Of a stretch of DNA of 64,000 nt, positions 51,661 through 61,163 are shown piece by piece (within the stretch, counting starts at the first letter, position 1; every line of letters starts with the position of its first letter). Origin of the DNA: a bacterium (GTDB lineage: Bacteria > UBA8248); NCBI GenBank assembly GCA_965203325.1, contig OZ241875.1:1184001-1248000 (forward strand), read 5' to 3'. Below the pieces are notes generated by a model. The model was not told the DNA's origin. It did no database searches and saw nothing but the letters and a program-made list of their open reading frames with translations. The position numbers and the translations under genes were made by a program.

Positions 51661-54570
51661 TCAAGGGGTGAGCGTCCGGACCACCCGAAACCCGATGATG
51701 TTGTCCCGGTTTCCGGCCGGATTTCTCTCGCGGTTCGCGTCGCGCAGGAACTTCGGCTCGTCGTACCAGGAACCGCCGCGCACGACGCGGTGCGAACACT
51801 CGCCGCTCATCCGGGCGTTCCCGTTCAGGGGCGCTCCCGCATGGCTCGGGTTCCAGCAGTCCTCCACCCACTCCCGGGCGTTGCCGCGCATGTCGTAAAG
51901 ACCGAATCGTATCGCCTGAAACGAACCGACGGGAGACGTCCGCTCCCCGCCCCAGAAGCTGATGCAGCCATAGCAATTCGCACGGTAGTCGGCATCGAGT
52001 ATCTTGTCCTCCCCCCAACTCGCCGCGAAGTATTCGGTCAGCGGATTGCGCTTCGTCTTCGGACCCACGCGCGCGGCGTATTCCCATTCCGCCTCGCTCG
52101 GCAATCGGTATTCCCGGTTCGTCTTTTGGGATAACCACTTGACGTACGCCTTCGCGTCGTCCCAGCTCACGCACACAACGGGGTCCGACTCCGATTGTTC
52201 GAACCCGGGACTTTGCCACGAGACGTCTTCGCCCGGCTTCCATTTCCGCGACCATGAATCATACAAATTGCAATTGCCAGGAACGGAGCGCCCGCTCTCG
52301 CTTACGAAGGCTTCGTATTCGCTTCTCGTCACCTCGTACTTGCCCACGGCAAAGGGTCTTGCGATCGTCACGCGGCGAGGAGGCCCCTCATCGGCATTCC
52401 CGCCTTTCGCATCCGAAGGCGAGCCCATCATGAACGAACCGGCGGGATACGCTACCATCTCGGGGCAATCGGGGCAGTCGCGGAATGCCTCGCCGGCCGG
52501 CCACTTGCGTATCAGCAATTCGATTTGCGCCTTGAGACGCCGCGCCTTTTCGGCGTGCCGACCTTTCGGGTACGCAGACAAATAAGCGTCATACGCGGCA
52601 GGCGTACCGCCCAAGTCCGCTTTCGCGTACGCCGCATCGTCCGCATCCTCCTGTGCTTTCAACTGAGCATACTTGCGCCGCGCTTCACCGGCATGCCGAC
52701 CATCCGGGTATTTCTTTATGGAAAAGTATTCCTTCAGCGCCTCCGACGTCCCCGACTTGCGCGCCTGCGCGTACGCCGCATCGTCGGCATCTTCCCGGGC
52801 TTTCGCCTGCACCTTCATGCGCCGCGCCTCTTCCGCATGCCGACCCTGCGGGTAGGCAGAGAGGTACTTCGCATACGCCACGGACGTCCCCGCCTTGCGC
52901 GCCTGCGCATAGGCCGCATCGTCCGCATCCTCGCGGGCTTTCGCCTGTTCTTTCATACGCCGCGCCTCTTCCGCGTGGCGGCCCTGCGGGTATGAAGAGA
53001 GGTATTCGGCATACGCGGCCGACGTCCCCTCCTTGCGGGCCTGCGCGTACGCCGCATCGTCCGCCTCCTCCCGGGCTTTCGCCTGCGCCTCGAGACGCAG
53101 CGCGTCCTCCCTGTGACGGCCCCGCGAGCGGGAAGAGAGGTATTCCGCGAGCGCCGCCTGCGTCCCCGCCTTGCGGGCCTGCGCGTACGCCGCATCGTCC
53201 GCCTTCTCTTCGACTTGTGCCTGCGCCTTGAGACGGTGCGCCAGTTTGGCGTGACGGCCCTTCGGGTATTTGGTGAGGTATTCGGCGAACGCCGCCGACG
53301 TACCCGCCGTGAGCGCCCGCCCGTACGCCAGATCATCCATTCTCGCTTCGAATCCGCTCTTCAGACGCCGCGCCTTTCCGGTATGACGGCCCTTCGGGTA
53401 TTTGGTGAGGTATTTGGCGAACGCCGCCGGCGTCCCCTCCAGGCTCGCCCGCTCGAACACAGAATCTTCCGCCTCTTCTGCGGTTCGCTGCGCCTTGAGC
53501 CGTAGCGCTTCCTCTGCATGACGACCCCGCGGACGTGAAGCCAGGTACTCGGCATACGCCGACGACGTATTCTCCGTGCGCGCCCTCTTGAACGCCGCAT
53601 CGTCTTCCCCGACGACTTTCGCCCACGTCTTGCCTTCCAGCAGGGCGAGCACGCCGGGACCCTCATTCTTCTTTCGCGCCGCCTCCACGGTCCCGTATCT
53701 CTTGCGCGCCACGTCCACCGGCGTTTCTCCCTTCGGTCCCTTGACCGAGGGGTCGGCTCCCGCCTTCATCAGCAACTCGATAATCTGCGAGTTGCCCTTG
53801 TCGGCCGCATGCATCAGCGCCGTCCAGCCACGCGCATCGCGCGCGTTCACGTCCGCCCCCACCTTTAGCGCCGCCTTGAGTGCGTCTATATTTTTCGCCA
53901 GAACCGCGCGGTGTAAGGCATCGGGACGTACCTTCGGACGGGAGGGAACCTGCTTGGCAGGCGCAGGCCGCCTGCCTGTCGCAGCGGACCGCATGGCTCT
54001 CATTGCTTCGGGCGTCAACTTATTCACCGCCGGCAGACCCGCATCGCGCAGGAACCTCCCGTATGCCCGCGCCGTGCGGGCGCCCCAGAGGCCGTCGGCA
54101 GGGCCCGGTTTGTAGCCCAGCCTGGCCAGCAACTGCTGCGCCTCGCGGACCGGGCTCGCGGTCGGTGAAGAGGGAGTCTTCTCTCTCTTCTCTCTCTTTC
54201 CTTCGACCGGTCGCCACGAACGCGCCCGTTCCTGCGCCGAAGCGACCTGCTGCGGCGTCATCTTCTCTGCCAGCGTGTCGCGTTCTTTTACCGCCGCCAT
54301 CTCGCCCCGGGCGGCCGCCAGGTTGAACCACATGTGCGCCTCGATGTAATCCTGGGGAGCGCCCAGACCCCGCATGTGCAGACGCCCCAGCGCCAGCATC
54401 GAACGCCTGTCACCCGCATTCGCGGCGGCGCGCCACTCCTTGAGCGCTTCGGCAGGACGCATCGCGTCCCACGCGCGCTTGCCCGCTTCGTAGTCCGCCT
54501 GTGCGGGCAATGCGCACGAAAGCGCGAGCGCCGCGCAAAGAAAGGTTGGCCATACGACGTGACGATACAT
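51661..54570 (-). CDS. Secreted Sel1, PG-binding, ankyrin, 8x ~46-aa repeat and FGE-sulfatase (SUMF1-like) domain protein
   Basis: AHMWFNLAAARG, GPADGLWGART, YLxxYPxGRH repeats, FRDCPDCPEMV, RLPSEAEWEYAAR, RGGSW...GFRVVR. Confidence 0.92.
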   Translation of the reverse strand: MYRHVVWPTFLCAALALSCALPAQADYEAGKRAWDAMRPAEALKEWRAAANAGDRRSMLALGRLHMRGLGAPQDYIEAHMWFNLAAARGEMAAVKERDTLAEKMTPQQVASAQERARSWRPVEGKREKREKTPSSPTASPVREAQQLLARLGYKPGPADGLWGARTARAYGRFLRDAGLPAVNKLTPEAMRAMRSAATGRRPAPAKQVPSRPKVRPDALHRAVLAKNIDALKAALKVGADVNARDARGWTALMHAADKGNSQIIELLMKAGADPSVKGPKGETPVDVARKRYGTVEAARKKNEGPGVLALLEGKTWAKVVGEDDAAFKRARTENTSSAYAEYLASRPRGRHAEEALRLKAQRTAEEAEDSVFERASLEGTPAAFAKYLTKYPKGRHTGKARRLKSGFEARMDDLAYGRALTAGTSAAFAEYLTKYPKGRHAKLAHRLKAQAQVEEKADDAAYAQARKAGTQAALAEYLSSRSRGRHREDALRLEAQAKAREEADDAAYAQARKEGTSAAYAEYLSSYPQGRHAEEARRMKEQAKAREDADDAAYAQARKAGTSVAYAKYLSAYPQGRHAEEARRMKVQAKAREDADDAAYAQARKSGTSEALKEYFSIKKYPDGRHAGEARRKYAQLKAQEDADDAAYAKADLGGTPAAYDAYLSAYPKGRHAEKARRLKAQIELLIRKWPAGEAFRDCPDCPEMVAYPAGSFMMGSPSDAKGGNADEGPPRRVTIARPFAVGKYEVTRSEYEAFVSESGRSVPGNCNLYDSWSRKWKPGEDVSWQSPGFEQSESDPVVCVSWDDAKAYVKWLSQKTNREYRLPSEAEWEYAARVGPKTKRNPLTEYFAASWGEDKILDADYRANCYGCISFWGGERTSPVGSFQAIRFGLYDMRGNAREWVEDCWNPSHAGAPLNGNARMSGECSHRVVRGGSWYDEPKFLRDANRERNPAGNRDNIIGFRVVRTLTP

Positions 54571-54844
54571 TTTCGGTTTCGCTCCTCTGGAAAGACCTAG
54601 TTTGTTCGCTCAAGGATTCCAACTTGCGGAGGTTCAGCCGTTGGCGGGCCAGGGGAGTGCTACCGGACTCTGCACGAGCCACCGGTTATCCGGGTGCTGA
54701 TTCGGATCCCGGCTCGACGGTAGCTTTCTCCGCCGCATTCCCCGCCGGAGCGGAGCGTATAACGGCCTTTCCGCCGTGAGACTGCTTGATAGCACAGGTC
54801 CGCCTCTATCGTCCGATCCTCCGTTGCCGCGCCAAATTTACCCG

Positions 54845-55302
54845 CTACTGCCGTAACCTTCGATACAAATACTTCAACGATTTCTGAGCGCCACCGCTAC
54901 CTCCAAACAGGTTCGTGCCGGAACGCCAGCACTGCGTGCGGGCCCGGATCGGTCGGATATCTTCGTTCAATTCCGCGCTCAAGAACACCTCGCCGTCAGA
55001 TGCGGCGTGGCCGGGTGGGCTTATCCCGCTCAGAAAAGCCGAAAGGTCGGGGGTGGCGGATTCGACCTGCCTCACGGGCTCGCCAACGTCTTCCACGTCC
55101 GTGCGCACGACCGTCCTTTGCAGAACCCAGGCCCCGGCAGGAAAGGTTCCAACGCCGGCTCCATACGCCTTGCCGTCCTTGCAAAACCTCTTCCTCTCGC
55201 CTACGCCTCCCCTTGGTTCCAGGTAACATTTTCGGCCCGCACGTTGTCCCCCGTGAGGAAGATGAATACGTTCAGCGCGCAAAACAAGACGGCGTTTTTC
55301 AT
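54845..55302 (-). pseudogene. Frameshifted, internally deleted copy of the 5' end of 43968-48035
   Basis: MKNAVLFCALNVFIFLTG at 55302; CYLEPRGGVG..CKDG in another frame; upstream DNA to ~55430 matches 48035-48170. Confidence 0.8.
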
Positions 55303-56116
55303 GGCGTGGCCCTCCCGGCAACCGCCGCCTCACAGAGCGGAGGCTCACGGCGGGACCGCGCTGCCCTCAAGGTGTTCATTTCCAACGAGACTCGATTGTA
55401 ACCGAGCACACCACTTTTCTAACCAGGATATCAGCTTGTCACAAAGCTCAACCGACCGAATCCGGCATTCAGAGGCAGAACCATCGTGAGAATCGTGGCC
55501 GATGCTCTGGACTGTGACCAAGTCCCATGAAGCGCCTCCAGGCCAATACGCGGGCACAGGAAAACACTTCCATTCATCGTTTCCAGGGAGTCGTTTGATT
55601 GCTGCGCCAGACTCGATGCCCCCAAGGCCTATCGGCCATACCTGGATACCAAACGCTTCTCGAACAACTCGGAACATTTCAGCACTTCCACTCCAGGCGA
55701 TGCGTGTCGCTCGCTTGTGAATCAAGGACGCACAGACCTGATTTTTTCGAGAAGACATAGGTTCCGTTCGCGCCCCAGTTGTCTGGAAAACCGTCGATGG
55801 AATCCTTGTTCTCGCCCGCGGAAGTCACGCTCGCCGTTTCGAAACTGGCGCCTTCCACCTCCCATCCGTCGCCTGATTTCCTGAACGTCCACTCATGTCC
55901 GTCCCCGTTGTCCAACCCCCCATCTTCGAGATGGAGGTCATTATTCCATTCCTCTCTCGTGATTGAAGGGAAATAAAGTAGTGAATACGGTTCACATTTT
56001 ATCGGATGTTGAAATACATGAAAATGCACAATTGGGCGGCATGTTCAAGACAACTTCGGTTGTTTTTGGATTTTATTGATACGAGGCGTTATGTTGAGCG
56101 GCAATAATGAGGCTTA

Positions 56117-56350
56117 CGCGCGCCGATCGTATTACTACTCGGGTGAGCACAGGGGGATGCCCGTCTATCCGCCGCGCCTCACCGTGGTCGAACTAGGCAC
56201 GGGCATCGAGCACGGACCTCTCGACTCCTGGGAGGAAGTCGCCATGTGCCTCGCCTTCGTCAGGCTCTCGCCTGATGAAGTGGAAATTATCACGGCCGCA
56301 TCCGTGATGACTATCTTGGCGGGGTATTAGGCGGGGTCACCGCCTGCATG
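56117..56350 (+). repeat. Right copy of direct repeat (3' remnant of the zinc-ribbon gene)
   Basis: ARRSY..EHRGMPVYPPRLTVVELGTGIEHGP.DSWEEVAMCLAF, followed by the shared CGCCTGCATG. Confidence 0.85.
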
Positions 56351-57117
56351 TGCAGCCGTCCCTCCGCCGACGGAGGTCAGACCCGACCGGGGAGGGTTTA
56401 ACAGCCCGGCCCTGCTGCGCAGCCGGCCTGCAGCCGGTAGTACGTACTGCCGTCAGACCGCCGGCGGGGGGCAGACCCGGCCGGGGGGAGGGTTTACGCC
56501 GCCCGGCTGCGCAGCCGGCCGGAAGCCGTACGGGTTCCTTCCCGCCGGGGGCGGAGGGAAGGCCAGCCCGCTACGCCGCCAACCGGACCCGGGCGCGTTG
56601 CGCAGGATGGCGGGCGGGGGCCTGGCCGCGAGTCCGGATACGACCACGCGGGGCGGCCGCGACCCGGCAGAGCAGTCCCGCCACCGGTGACGAAGGCGCC
56701 GAGCACAATCCCGACCCGCCAGGCGGCGCGGAGCTAACCCGGCAGTCCTGCCCCGGCAGCATCAACGCCGATACCCCGGTCTGTGTCGCGGGATCAACGA
56801 CGACAAACCTCACCGGCGGTGACAGGAACGTCGCCGCCCCGAACCCCGCCCCACCCGATGCGTTTCCATTTCTCCACCCCTCATCTCATCCGAACCCCGT
56901 ACCAGGGGCGCGCTCGCTTGGTTCCCGGTCCCGTTCCACCTCCGGGACTACCCGGTCGGGACGGAGGCCGCTCACGGCCCACGAAAGTTCCGACACCGGT
57001 GGAATCCCTCCTCCCAAGAGGAAGAGCGAAGCGGGGAGCCGGGCAAAGGCCCGGCAGGGGAGAGGGAGACGGTCTCCCGCTCCCGCCGCCGGGGACAACC
57101 CGATAGGAGGCTTGGCC

Positions 57118-57249
57118 ATGTACGAGAACGACTTCGACGTCGATGTTCCCACCACGGACGAACTGCTCGCAGAACTCGGACTCGACGCGTACACGATCCG
57201 CAAGATTCGCGACGAGGCGGGGGGCGAGGAGGAGTTCAGGAGGGAATAG
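57118..57249 (+). CDS. 43-aa acidic small protein
   Basis: AGGAGG RBS; MYENDFDVDVPTTDELLAELG. Confidence 0.6.
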   Translation: MYENDFDVDVPTTDELLAELGLDAYTIRKIRDEAGGEEEFRRE

Positions 57250-57329
57250 GGCAGATCGGGGGATCGGGGAGAGAGGCTCCCCGGCCCTTCCACTTCATCA
57301 TCCACACCACACCATGAAGGAGTATTACA

Positions 57330-57770
57330 ATGGCATTCGGACTCAACAGAGCGGAACTGATCGGGCGTCTCGGCGCCGACGTCACCGTCAACCACCTCGC
57401 GAGCGGCGGACGCGTCGCGAATCTGTCCATCGCGACCGATGAGGGCTACGTCGACAAGCAGTCCGGCGAGCGGGTGGACAAGACCGAGTGGCACCGGGTC
57501 GTGACCTTCCAGCCCGGACTGGTCGACATGTTCGAAAAGCACGCGAAGAAGGGCCGCCTGGTCTACGTCGCGGGCAAGCTCCAGACCCGCCGCTGGAAGA
57601 AGGACGATGAGGACTCGGACCGGTTCTCGACCGAGATCCTGATCGCCCCGGGCGGGCGCGTGCAGTTCCTCGACAAGGTGAACGGGAACGGCAATGGGAA
57701 CGGCAACGGCGCGCACCCCGAGACGACGGCGGTGGCGGCTGGCGTAGCCGGGGAAGAGATCCCGTTCTAG
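57330..57770 (+). CDS. ssb: Single-stranded DNA-binding protein (mobile-element type)
   Basis: LNRAELIGRLG, TEWHRVV, GKLQTRRW, C-terminal EEIPF. Confidence 0.96.
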   Translation: MAFGLNRAELIGRLGADVTVNHLASGGRVANLSIATDEGYVDKQSGERVDKTEWHRVVTFQPGLVDMFEKHAKKGRLVYVAGKLQTRRWKKDDEDSDRFSTEILIAPGGRVQFLDKVNGNGNGNGNGAHPETTAVAAGVAGEEIPF

Positions 57771-57777
57771 GCTCACC

Positions 57778-57810
57778 AGGGGTCGGCGCTTCGGCGTCGA
57801 CCCCTTTTTC
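57778..57810 (+). terminator. Intrinsic terminator
   Basis: AGGGGTCGGCGC-TTCG-GCGTCGACCCCT-TTTT. Confidence 0.85.
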
Positions 57811-58374
57811 TTTGCTCCTTATCCAGAGGAAGTCCGCCCTGTCTGCCCTCTCATCTACCGGGAGCACCCGGTAAATCTCCGGTTCCGTGAACGATGAACC
57901 GTGTTCCCGGAAGATCGGCTTGCACCTGCAATCATCCCATAATTCCAGACAGTGGCTCGGTCCACCCCCCGCTGCGGGAATTTCGGGCCGGAAAAGACGG
58001 CCCGAAATGACCCTTTCCGCAGCATGAGAGACTGTTTCCCGATGAGCTTCGCCTTCATCGTGAAACACCAAAGGCTCTTGTGTCCCGGTGGCGGTACTAC
58101 CCTCTCTCTCTTAGCGTCCTCATTTTAGCACGAACGCCGAGCGAATAAAGGGTGGCCGCAGGCGGCCATCATTTGCCGGTGCCCCCCAAAAAACGTCGAG
58201 CGGCGAAAAACAGGAGCGCCGCTCTATGAAGCGTGTTTTTCGGGAACCCCCCGGAAAATGACAAGCCCTTGATTCGCCCGTCTACGGGCATCGGTAACAC
58301 CGCCCGATGCCCTTACGTGCTGAAAATGGGGCGCTAAGAAGCGCATCCGTTAACTCTCTGGAAAGGAGAAAGGC

Positions 58375-58746
58375 ATGGAAACCACCGTGGTGAACCTGAA
58401 CGACTATGTCGAAGAGCAAGGCAGCGGCTTCCTGGTCAGGATCGACCGCATGACGAAGTGGGGAAACCCCTTCCGCATCGGCAAGGACGGCGAGCGCGCC
58501 GACGTGATCGAGAAATACCGGCGATGGCTCTGGGAAAGAATCCGGCGCAAGGAGCAGGACCTCTACGAACTCGCCGACCTTCAAGGCTGCGAGCTCGGCT
58601 GCCACTGCCATCCCCTCCCGTGCCACGGCGATGTACTCGCGCGCGCCGCCGAGTGGGCCGCCAGGTATCTCGACGAGATGCCGAAAGAAGTGGGGCGCAA
58701 CGAGCGTGGCTACGCTCTTCCCGAATTCAACCATCCCCTCGCCTGA
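58375..58746 (+). CDS. DUF4326-family protein
   Basis: TKWGNPF and LGCHCHPLPCHGDVL motifs. Confidence 0.85.
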   Translation: METTVVNLNDYVEEQGSGFLVRIDRMTKWGNPFRIGKDGERADVIEKYRRWLWERIRRKEQDLYELADLQGCELGCHCHPLPCHGDVLARAAEWAARYLDEMPKEVGRNERGYALPEFNHPLA

Positions 58747-58767
58747 GGACAACGAAAGGAGTGAACG

Positions 58768-59727
58768 ATGACTGCCACCGCGACACACGACCACAAGGAG
58801 AGCATCATGCACGAGTACGCAGAACACGAAGCGCAGAATGAAACCTTCACCGCCATGGTATGCGAGCAGGCGCAGCTCTTCGGCGCCACCCCGGGACCGG
58901 ACGAGTTCGACAACCGGCCCGTCTGGGGCGAGGCCGAGTCCACCGCCGCCGTCCTCAAGGCATTCCACCTGCTCGCCGAGGCAGCACCCGACGGCACGCA
59001 ACTCGCCAACGAGCGTAGAAACCTCCTGTGGGGCTTCGTCAACACCCTGGACGCCCAGACACAGCGGCTCGACCGCGCCGCAGACAAGCTCATCCCCGGC
59101 ATCCGTGAACTGCAGCGCGAGCAGGACGGCTCCGAGATCCGCTCCCGCGAACTCGAACTCGCCACCGACCGAGCCGAGAATCTCACCGCCCGCCGCGACG
59201 CGTTCGAAGGACTGCGCGACACGGCCGCAGAGGCCTACCGCTCAGAGACCGGCGAGGTATGGCGGCCCCGGCGAGGATCGCACGTCTCGCAGACCGGCAA
59301 GCTCACGTCTGCGGTGATCGAGGCCCGTGACTTCCAGCGCGCGAAAAAGGACCGCGAGAACACGGCCCACCTCCCCCAGGGAACCCTCGTCGCCGTCGCG
59401 GGCGGCAAGGAGGCCAGCGACGCGGGCAAAATCATCGCGCATCTCGACAAGGTCAAGGCCAAGTACGCCGACGTCGTCCTCGTCCACGGCGGCGGCCCCG
59501 GTGCCGAGAAGGTTGCAGCCGGCTGGGCCGAGCGCAACGGCGTCCACCAGATCGTCTGCAAGCCCGACTGGGACGCCCACGGCAGGGCCGCTCCCTTCAG
59601 GCGCAACGACGAGCTGCTCAACCTCCTCCCCAAGGGCGTGATCGCGTTCCCCGGCTCGGGCATCACCGACAACCTCGTCGACAAGGCCCGAAGCCTCGGC
59701 ATCCCCGTCCAGAAAATCGCCGCCTGA
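58768..59727 (+). CDS. DUF2493 (YspA-like SLOG) domain protein
   Basis: LVHGGGPGAE, PDW..HGRAAPFRRND, FPGSGIT. Confidence 0.85.
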   Translation: MTATATHDHKESIMHEYAEHEAQNETFTAMVCEQAQLFGATPGPDEFDNRPVWGEAESTAAVLKAFHLLAEAAPDGTQLANERRNLLWGFVNTLDAQTQRLDRAADKLIPGIRELQREQDGSEIRSRELELATDRAENLTARRDAFEGLRDTAAEAYRSETGEVWRPRRGSHVSQTGKLTSAVIEARDFQRAKKDRENTAHLPQGTLVAVAGGKEASDAGKIIAHLDKVKAKYADVVLVHGGGPGAEKVAAGWAERNGVHQIVCKPDWDAHGRAAPFRRNDELLNLLPKGVIAFPGSGITDNLVDKARSLGIPVQKIAA

Positions 59728-60349
59728 CGTGAACGATCAACGGGTCGCGTCGTCGTCGCCCGGCGGCGGCGCGGCCCGTCGCCTCTCTCTCCTCGATCAC
59801 TCCACCGCTCCTCTCCTGGTTGCTCTCCTCTCGTCTTCTCCGCTCAATCGCCGCGGCGGCTCCCGCTCGCCATCCTCTCCGGCGAAAGTTCCCCCGACTC
59901 GTGTTCCATAAAATCCCTGCGCTTGTCGCCCTGCGGCGTTTCGTTCAGTACACCGGACGCAGCGGGCTGCTGGTGCAAACCAATCGTGCGCCAGGCATGC
60001 AGTTCTTTCCTCAATCGACGACAAAGACCGCCTCCTGTACGTCGGAAAAAGAAATACCAATCTGGTATCATGCTATCCTTTTGAAATCACTGCACTTAAA
60101 AATGGCGCATGTCATATGCAATGCGGCGTAATACGGTGTAACACGGGGATTTCCGGCCGCGTATGCCATGAGCATACGGACGGAGGTGCGCTGCGCTATG
60201 ATGGCTACCATTTTGGTAGTTCGTGAAACGGCGTCGCGGGCATGATTTTGGGAGCGCGGCGGATGCGTTTGGTGCAAGAAATAAGAATTTTTGCGTTCGT
60301 TTTGCGACCGGAACGGATGAAAATCTTCACGACAGGAGCGGCGAAACGG

Positions 60350-60690
60350 ATGGTTCAGACGATACAGAAGAACATCAGAGTCACTCCGGAGCAGTGGAAG
60401 CGAATTGAAAGTGAGGCTGAAAAGCGCGAAATCTCGTCCAACCGACTGGTGGTAAAGCTCGTGGTGGAAGCCCTGAAGCACCGCGAATGGCCCCGCACGG
60501 AAGCGGAAATCCACCTGCTTTGCTCCGCCATGTTCACCGCACAGGCCATCATTCGCGACATGAGAAGGCTGGACGTGAGGAGGAAATCAAGCAAATCAGG
60601 CGGACTATCTCCGAAGCCGCACCGGAATTCCCGGACAGGTCGGCGAATAATCCGCAATATTTAGCGGATTCGAGGAGTGGCAACTTGTGA
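60350..60690 (+). pseudogene. RHH-like protein with a 1-nt frameshift near 60562
   Basis: QKNIRVTPEQWKRI..AEKREISSNRLV (RHH-like); continues EKAGREEEIKQIRR in another frame; could be a sequencing error. Confidence 0.55.
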
Positions 60691-61163
60691 GTCGACTTCC
60701 CTGGATCGAGTGATTCAGTCGATTAAATCGATGATATAGGCAGCGTTAGTATGCCGATGGGTTGGTGATCTGATGTTGTTGGTGGAAGTGTTTTGGCATT
60801 TACTCGAGTTTGATTTCAGTTCCAAGCCGGGATTTTCTGGTTGGATTCAATTTCAATTGCCCAACCACGAGCTTTTCTGAGAAATACTGGAGAGTCCAGG
60901 GCAATCCAAGCAAGCGCATGAAGTTACTTGTTGGTGGAGAGCCGGATCGGATTAATAACCAGTTCAGCGATAAGAAGAGCATATCGCAAAATGTTTGCCA
61001 ACTTTCTCATATTGTTCCAGAATGAGAGGTTCGTATTTGGAACCGCCAGACTCTTCGAAAAGTTAATCTCGCCCGCGTAATTCTGCTCATGAAGCATCTT
61101 ATGGCTACACATTACGAGTCATTATAAGAGAGCCTGTTAGAGGATACTTTCAAACTAGGTAGG

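Larger units (their letters stand above)
35830..60690. mobile_element. Integrative mobilisable element (boundaries approximate; may extend to the right)
   Basis: Two integrases, MOBF relaxase, ssb, DUF4326, DUF2493 and an RHH-like gene; no T4SS or coupling protein seen; att sites not identified. Confidence 0.7.

Noticed and set aside
51661..51800. FGE-sulfatase C-terminus as the variable region of a diversity-generating retroelement
   Set aside because: No template repeat differing at adenines and no reverse transcriptase seen in the window; a remote DGR cannot be excluded
56030..56116. Integron attC-like site at the cargo edge
   Set aside because: Only a GTTAT word and a terminator-like hairpin; no paired R''/R' boxes, and neither integrase shows IntI features
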